Positions 56,181 to 64,000 of a DNA stretch of 64,000 nt are shown here, in pieces. The first letter of the stretch is position 1. Each line of letters opens with the position of its first letter. The stretch comes from the human T2T-CHM13v2.0 reference genome, Homo sapiens: NCBI RefSeq assembly GCF_009914755.1, contig NC_060929.1. One strand, given 5' to 3'. The notes beneath the pieces were generated by a model. It ran no database searches, was not told the DNA's origin, and saw nothing but the letters and a program-made list of their open reading frames with translations. A program made the translations under genes and the position numbers.

Positions 56181-58380
56181 CTAAAATGATTTTTCATTAT
56201 TGACCTAAGAGAAGAAGGGGTTAGTGTGATGATCTCCACTTGCCATCATAGAATCTCACACCCTTGACCTTCTTTAGGTCTTCAGTGTTAGTTTCTATCT
56301 TGATTCCTGACCAGTTAACTGTCTCTTTCCTGAAGTCCTAGCCATCTGTAATTGTGTGCTCTTTCTAGTCTCATAGCAGTTATTGTCTTTCCTACTCATT
56401 TGGCTCTTAGTATCTAGGTGGTTGTTGTTATTGTTGTTGTTGTTTTGTAATCTGTATTTTGTTAGTTGTTAGTCTGAATACTTAACTAGATTCTAAAACT
56501 TTTTGTATACCTTGGACCTAGCATAATGCCCACATCAAACATAATATAATAATAAGCCCTCAATATAGTCTTGAGGTGCTGCTGCTATGCTGATGATGCT
56601 GATGTCAATATTAGTGATGACGTTAGTGACAATGATGATCATAGCAGAGACCACAACAAGTACCAAGCACCAGAAAGTGGGAAACCAGACGTAGAAGCTC
56701 TAGAAAAAAATGAGTTATTCTTATTGTTAAATGAGCAACATAGACATAATCTACAAGTCTTATGAATCCCATTAAAATTACCTGAGAAAATGCCACTGAA
56801 AAATAGTATGTTCTTAGAAAGGGAGGATCATATAGCTATGCCTCTTGATTAAGCTGATATGATTTTAGGAAAATCACTTAACCTCTCTAATTCTTTAGGC
56901 TATATCTATAATATTGGAGATAGTCTATCTTTACTTTATTGAATGGCTGAAAAAATCCAATGAAATAATGTATGTAAAGTGTTTTAGAAACTATATATTT
57001 TAACTTATCTCTACGTTAAGAAATGCATTAAACATTGTACCCTTTTCCTTGTGGACTTTAAAAAATCTTATAGAAAGCATAGGAAAATGGACTGCTTAGT
57101 AATAATATTACTAACAATCATATTTGAATACTGCTTGACTTTGATATCACACAATCTTAAGGCAACTTTGAATTTCTAATGAAACAGGTGTGATTCACTA
57201 AATTGTTGTGGGGCAAATAGCACCAGCTGAGATTAGTGCAACTAAAAATGAGAGCACTTTAACACAGGCTTTTTTCTACACAGCAGTTTTACCAGGAGCT
57301 ATCCATTTAGTAGACCATGTTAATTTTTGGCAAAACTTTCTTCTAATTAGTGGGTATGCAGTGATTTCAAAGAAACAAGTCATATTTTTAACACCCACAA
57401 TGTCAAGGCATTATGTCTAAAGTTCTCTCCAGCTTTATAAGCTAGATTGCTGAATGAATTGGGAATTACATTAATTTTTGATAGCAACCCAGAGGTCTTT
57501 GAGGGAAGTGGACCAGAAAAATTCAGACAATTATGATGCATAATTATGCAGGTAATTATGATAATTATCATCATCACAAAGTTGTTTACAAGGGAGAAAA
57601 ATCCAATTTTGAAGAAAATTGCTAACTTACAGTGCTTTGCAGGAACCGATTAAAAATTGAATTGCTTGCAATTTAGGGGAAGAATTTTAGCAAGTCGGCT
57701 TTCAGCTTTACTAAGAACTTGCAAGTACAGTATCTGGTATTCATTTTTATCAAAAGGGCATCTGATAAAAAAAAGAAAGAAAAGAAAAAGCAAAGGCAGA
57801 AAGAAAGAAAAAGACAAAAAAAAACACAAAGAAATCTGCTTGCTCTCTGAAACCTTTCTGTATTCCTCCAAGATTCTATTGATATTGAAGAAGTTGAGGG
57901 TGCATTCTGTGGAATATGATTCTTTTGAAAGAAAGTCCATTGACTATTAAGCACCTACTGGGCATCCCCTTTGAGCACAGCACAGACACTCAAAGCTGTG
58001 AAGAATACAAAGAAGTAGGACTGGTTTAGCTCTGGGAAGCACGAGGCCCCTTTGGACAATGGGGCAAGATTTATCACTCATAGAACACTTGGGAAGAGTT
58101 ACATGCTGCCATGGGGTATGCAGTGTGGCAGAATTTTGGAGAAGGCGGGAACTGGCTGGTCTATCTCACCCACAAAACTGTAATAGTCTTTGAGGGTAGA
58201 GATTATGCCTTATTCATTTTTCTATTCACCTTCATTAATCTTTGTCTTCTCATCCCCTCACCCCATTCTCCCCAGAAATTATAAATAATTAAATAAGCCC
58301 TCAATAACCCCCATTTTTCACCAATTGCTTTATTGAGATTTTAGAGTTTTAAACCCTGTGTTGCTACTGCCTCCATAATA

Positions 58381-58383
<3 letters not shown>

Positions 58384-58421
<38 letters not shown>

Positions 58422-58422
58422 A

Positions 58423-58452
<30 letters not shown>
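58384..58452. repeat. (TG)n microsatellite, interrupted
   Basis: Read directly. Confidence 0.97.
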
Positions 58453-58453
<1 letters not shown>

Positions 58454-58624
58454 TGTTTCTACCTTTGGGATTCTTTCCTGGGTTCTCATTTCTTGGGGTG
58501 ACACTCATAAACAACCTTCGCCTCCCCAGGGGCAGTTGAACTTATTGCAAAATGTCCAGTATTTCTAACTGCAAGTACAACCCCAGTGACACAAGCCTGA
58601 AGACAAACGTGTACATATATATAA

Positions 58625-59100
58625 TCTTAATTTACAAATAATAATTGCATATATTTATAAAGTACACTGTGAAGTTTTGATGTCTGTATACATTGTGGGA
58701 TGACTGAATCAAGCTAATTACCATATCTGTTACCTCACTTATTATTTTTGTGGTTAGAACATTGAAAATTTACTCTTTTAGCAATTTTGAAATATACAAT
58801 ACATTATTATTAACTATAGTCACGGTGCTGGGCAAGATGTCATCAGAGCTTATTCCTCTTATCTAACTGAAACTTAGTACCCTTTGACCAACATCTCCCC
58901 TTTCCCTGTCCCACATACTCACCCACCCCAGCCCCTGGTAACCACTCTTGTACACTCTACTTCTATGCTTTGACTTTTTAAGATTCTACAAATAAGTGAG
59001 ATCATGCAGTATTTGCCTTTCTGTGCCTGGCTTATTTTGCTTAGCATAATGTCCTCCAGGTTCGTCTGTGTTGTCATGGGACAAGGTTTTTCTGCTGCCT
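58625..59100 (-). mobile_element. L1MA (L1MA8/9-like) 3' end
   Basis: aatcaagctaatta...tactcttttagcaattttgaaatatacaatacattattattaactatagtcac...ataagtgagatcatgcagtatttg. Confidence 0.85.
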
Positions 59101-60010
59101 GAAGTGCAGAGCCAGCCACAGAGGAGAGGTGGAGGGATACCTGCAGTTCCTGACCCCGTGGGTGGGAAAGGACAGAGCTTCTCCATTCAGCACTTAGAAT
59201 GAGGTGACAGAACAACTAATCTCAAGCCAGGACACTTGTGAGAATGAAAGGAGGCACTTGGTGGAATGGAGAGAAGCTGAAAGTCAGCCCAGCAGAGGAA
59301 GCTAAGAACCTTGGGGTTAGCTTGTGGAATGGGTCAACCTCACAAATACTCAGTCTTTTGGGGGTGATATTTAGTGCTCAAGTAGAATAGGAGCCCAGGA
59401 TTCAACTGTCCATGACCCAATTAACACAGGGCATGCTGTCCCAAAAATTGGCTGTTGCCGAGGGTGATGAATATATGTATGAAGAAACCACAAATATACA
59501 CCCAGAACATAAACAAATATGCTTCTGCAGTATTAAAATTTTATGAATGCAAATAAAAAAATAAAAAAAAAACTCTGTAGGGGATCAGTTATCAAAAAAG
59601 GTTAAGAAACATTGATACAGAGAAATACCCTGGATTGGAAGTCAAGAGATTAAAGGAACTGAGAAGTATAAATGTGTGTCTGAGATTTAAAAGAAAGGAA
59701 TTTTTGCATAACCATGGAGTTGTGACACTCTGGAGGTGGCAGTGAGGAAACGTAAGGATGATTTGCAGGTGGGGCTTGAGAAAGCGAGCAGCCTCCACAT
59801 AGATGGTGGAAGGGAAGCCGCATCTTGGGACAGGGCCAGGTTTCCACTTAAGTAAAACATGGTGGGGTGTGTTTTGTAAAGTTCGAGTACGTGGGCACAA
59901 TTGTTTACAGTGGATTAAGGTTTCAACAGAATTTAGTAATGACTACATCCAAATGGTTGCCATATTTTGTAAATGAGACATTAACTGAAATATTGCTGTT
60001 ACGCAACCAG

Positions 60011-60158
60011 GTGGCTGCTGAAATTCATCAGAGGCTTATGGAAGAAGAAAAAGAAAACCAGCCAGCAGACCCCAAAGAAAAATCTCCTCAGATGGGTGCA
60101 AATAAAAAAGTCAAAAAGGAGCCACCCAAGAAAAAACAGGAAGACAAAAAACCCAAAG
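60011..60158 (+). CDS. SPEF2: SPEF2 coding exon (148 nt, phase 0-1): VAAEIHQRLMEEEKENQPADPKEKSPQMGANKKVKKEPPKKKQEDKKPK(G)
   Basis: Acceptor caaccag|, donor AAG|gtattt. Lies within ORF 59867..60250. Confidence 0.93.
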
Positions 60159-60739
60159 GTATTTATGGTTTTAGCACTCAGAACCCTGGATGCCTAAACC
60201 TCTCCTTCGTAGAAAACGAGCATTTAACTGGACACATTATTAGCCTCTAAGCCACTAAAATACTACTCATTAGGTTTAAACTAGAGACCCGGGCTTCTAT
60301 GATTTGTGGTGTTAGTGGCAAATCATATTGCATACCAAGCCCACCTAACTTGTTTAACCAAATAGCCAGATGTACTCAGGGTAAAATAAACCTCAAAGAC
60401 AGTTTTGAAATGTTAAAAGAACTTCCAGGATGGTACTATGTCATCTGAAAAGTCTGTGCAGAAAGGCTAACACTGCAGTAACAAAGAGAAGTTTAAAAGC
60501 TATGTTTTTAGAAGCTATGTGTATGTTTCAGGGGCAAGTCCTTTTCTCTTGGAGGCCTCCTGCCTAAATCCCTGGCTCAGTAGCATGAGGGAAAACAAAG
60601 AGTTCAGAAAATACATCTTGAAAGAGATCCCTAATTAACCTTAGGAATGAATAGCTTTGGCATCAACATTACCCTCCCCCTCTGAAGTGGAATCCTGGGA
60701 AGCAAATGAGCAGAACTCACTCCACTCATAGATTGTCTG

Positions 60740-61060
60740 TGATATGTTTATTATACACCTGCTATGTGAAATGCTCTAGATGGATGCCAAGAACACAATA
60801 GTAAATTAAAAACAAAACCAAAAATCACAACCACAATTCCTGCCCTAATCCAGCTATAGTCTTGCAGTAGAGAGAGACATGTGACCATTGTGCTTTGATA
60901 GGGGAGGTACAAGTACCTTAAGAACAAGGTCTCCCTTCTCCATCTGAGGGCGTAGAAGATGCTTCTTAGATAGAGAACATTCAAGCAGCCAGGAATGGGA
61001 GTTAAAGGAAAGCACTGAGGATGGAGGAAGGAGTGGGTCAGTGGCACTTGAAGGAAAGGG
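60740..61060 (-). mobile_element. L2 LINE fragment
   Basis: atgtttattatacacctgctatgtg...cctgccctaatccagctatagtct...tgtgctttgatag. Confidence 0.55.
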
Positions 61061-61499
61061 AAGAGTATTACCTCAATAAAGAACGCACCACTTTAGTCCA
61101 TCTCAAGTGGCAGGAATAAGGGAAGTGCTTCTGTTGACTTTAATGGAATCACTGTTGGGGTCTGATCCCTTAATTTTACAGATGATAAAACAGAAATCCA
61201 GAGAGATTAATCTCTCCTTCATCTGTAACTTACATATACATCTATTATTGCAACATATTACGATTTCTTTGTTTACAGTATCTTCTCTATAAGATTTGAA
61301 CCCTTCGAAGTCAGACCCTCAAGAAAGATTAGTTGAACTGAAAATAGAGCTATGTAAATGGGCCCTGCAACTAGAATCATATTGCCATAGCCCATGGGTA
61401 AATCCTTTGATAAGTACTGACAAATTTATATTTTGTAATTCTCTTATATAATCACTGATGTACTTATAGTTAAGTTCTAATTAAAATATAATTAAATTA

Positions 61500-61823
<324 letters not shown>

Positions 61824-62294
61824 TCACCCGCATTTCACCCACATCTTCTTGAGGTTATTCTCGTATCTTCTTTTTTGGTGAAGATCTAGGAAACACTTTG
61901 CTAATAGAAGTTATCCCTTATGGAGTGGTAATTCTGCAGGTGTCTAATGGGGTCAGCACTATGTGGGGATTTGCTAATTTCTGTCCCTAAACTCTGGATT
62001 TCACTATGTTTGGAAACTGTAACCATTTTTGCACTTGCTACATACCTTATTTTTTAATTATACTACACAAATGGGGTGTTTTTATATGAGTCCAGCCCAG
62101 GAACCATACAGAGAATTCTCAAGGAAAAATTCAATATTTCATCACAGATGCTGGGAGGACCAAGGTTTCATTGTTTCCGAATCACTAGAGGTTTATAGCT
62201 TAACAAACTTTGCTTTGTGCTCATTCTGTCCAAGTACTATGTGCACACCTTTGTATTTTGTTAGTTTACTCAGCATGTTTCATTGCCCTTTCAG

Positions 62295-62423
62295 GTAAAT
62301 CACCACCTATGGCAGAAGCAACTCCTGTCATAGTAACAACAGAGGAAATTGCTGAAATCAAAAGGAAAAATGAACTGAGGGTCAAAATAAAAGAAGAACA
62401 CCTTGCTGCCTTGCAATTTGAAG
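62295..62423 (+). CDS. SPEF2: SPEF2 coding exon (129 nt, phase 1-1): KSPPMAEATPVIVTTEEIAEIKRKNELRVKIKEEHLAALQFE
   Basis: Acceptor ccctttcag|, donor AAG|gtagcg. Lies within ORF 62210..62434. Confidence 0.93.
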
Positions 62424-63567
62424 GTAGCGATTGAAACGACTAAGATGATGCTTTTCAGTAGAAAGGAGACCAGTAGCCAAACAGCCCACAACTGGCTCAT
62501 CAATTGCCTCAGACCATGTCTATGAGAACATACAGCAAAGAGGTTGAAAAGCACAATATTCAGTTGACTGTTTTCGTTTGACCACGTGAGGACTAGATTT
62601 GAGTGTTGCATGAGTCAGATGTTTTGGCATCACCTAATCAGTCTTAACTGATGACACGATCTCAAAAAGAACCAAAAAGAATTTGGTAATGGGTTAGAAA
62701 AAGCAATAGCAGTAATTAAAATCTCATAAAACAGAAACAAAAGAAAATGTTGAAAGTTCGTATGATTTTACAGGTTTAGATAGGGACTACCTAAAGTAAG
62801 TGGTTTTATATTACAGTAAGAATAATTTAGGTACCTAATTAGGAAAATAAATTTTAACTAAAGGCTAACAGGCCCTGAAAATGAGTCCTTGGGAACAAAG
62901 GCCATAGGAGAGCCAGTCATATATCTATTATGTTCAGAGGTGTTCTTCTCTATAGGAGCAATGACTCCACAAAACATATTCTCCTTATGGCTCTCTGAAT
63001 TGTCTTGTAATGCAATTCTAAATGAAATCTGAAAAGATCAGGAAACTGAGCAAACATATCCTAAGGGAAAAAAACACGGTCAATATACAAGATGACAAAA
63101 CCACAAAAATGTGGCATGGGGTATGCCGAGACACCTTTAACTACTCAGTGACTATTAACTACTAAGTATGATTTCCATCCCTTGTTTCTCTCATTTTCTC
63201 TCCCCTGTCCTTCCCATCTTACTACCACCCACTTCTAAAACCCCAACAATAAAATCTGAAGTCAGTTGAACACAGGGAGACTGTGGCATCAGGCAAGTCC
63301 AGGACAGATGCATCTCCCATATTGCCTGCCCTGCATCTGATTTCAGTGGTTTTCAGTATACTTCATCTTTCAGTTCATTCCATACATGATCCTTAGTGTA
63401 GCAAAATTCATTTATGCATATAACAAATGATTATTGACTTTCCACTCTGTGCCAAGTCCTGTGATAGTTGCTGGAGACACACATTTATATGTACAAACAT
63501 AAACAAAAAATAAAACTCAGTCTCAAGGAAGAGAAATGCAATCACTGTTGCATGTTGACCTGTTGAC

Positions 63568-63668
63568 AGCTGGGCCTGTAGTCACAGCTACTGAAGAGAT
63601 TGAGGTGAAGGATCGATTGTGTTTGAATCCAGCCTGGGCAACATAGTGAGATCCTGTCTCAAAAAAAA
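63568..63668 (+). mobile_element. FLAM-like free left Alu monomer
   Basis: cctgtagtcacagctact...ccagcctgggcaacatagtgagatcctgtctcaaaaaaaa. Confidence 0.75.
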
Positions 63669-64000
63669 TGTGATATTGGTGGTGGGCATATTGGGCAAAG
63701 GGGACATGAGGGGAGTTCCTGACTTACCAACGGAACTAATTCTTGAGCGGAATTGGAAGACTATGGATAAGTTTTTCCAGGGGAAAAATTGGCGTGAGAA
63801 TGAAGAGGAGTATTACGTGCCATGGCAGAGAGAGGGGTAAGAGGCATATCAGCTTGTGAGTAGCTTAGGACCATGAGGCATGTTCTGGGAAGGAGCGACT
63901 TGGGAGATGGGGAGGCCACACCATGGAGGGTTATCTAGGCACTGCCAAGAATGTTCGATTCTTCCCTGGTGGCAACTGGGAGCTAGGGAAAATTATGAGC

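Noticed and set aside
56571-56765. Asp-rich 64-aa ORF as an extra exon
   Set aside because: Low-complexity (GAT/GCT)n-like text with no convincing splice sites, and the flanking SPEF2 exons already join in frame.
60101-60106. AATAAA as a poly(A) signal
   Set aside because: It lies inside a coding exon (Asn-Lys codons) in an A-rich stretch. There is no evidence of use, and internal priming would confound any apparent signal.

Overview
This window is eukaryotic, primate (human-like) genomic DNA, not a microbial locus. It lies entirely inside one large + strand gene. Nine GT-AG exons (376-450, 15805-15953, 28039-28166, 28249-28387, 42008-42145, 47958-48109, 51911-52091, 60011-60158, 62295-62423; 1239 nt) splice into one continuous open frame (...APHGKQESLQEGKGKK...WVYVNEPVPEEMPLFLVPYW...DLRDRLWDICD...KEEHLAALQFE...). 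I recognise this as the middle of SPEF2/KPL2 (sperm flagellar 2), roughly exons 20-28 (numbering from memory). The introns are mostly transposon fossils: a two-LTR MER61-type ERV1 provirus, a full-length HSMAR2 mariner carrying nested THE1D and L1 insertions, a full-length L1PB-type LINE, about 13 Alu/FLAM pieces, hAT and Tigger MITEs, L2, MIR, CR1/L3, and long AT-rich tandem repeats. Almost all ORFs in the supplied track are repeat-derived artefacts. I found no evidence for a new multi-gene system. The most unusual signals are mechanistic: an L1 insertion with an 86-nt 3' transduction and a 49-bp fold-back hairpin at its 5' junction, an Alu fragment and a full-length L1 sharing one target-site duplication (TSD), a tailless 5S rRNA retrocopy, a 21-nt 'micro-Alu' insertion, and splice-site features (three in-frame donors in one exon, a recursive-splice-like AG|GTAAAT exon, and inverted L1s around an in-frame exon pair). 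Repeat family names come from recalled consensus sequences and should be confirmed with RepeatMasker/Dfam.
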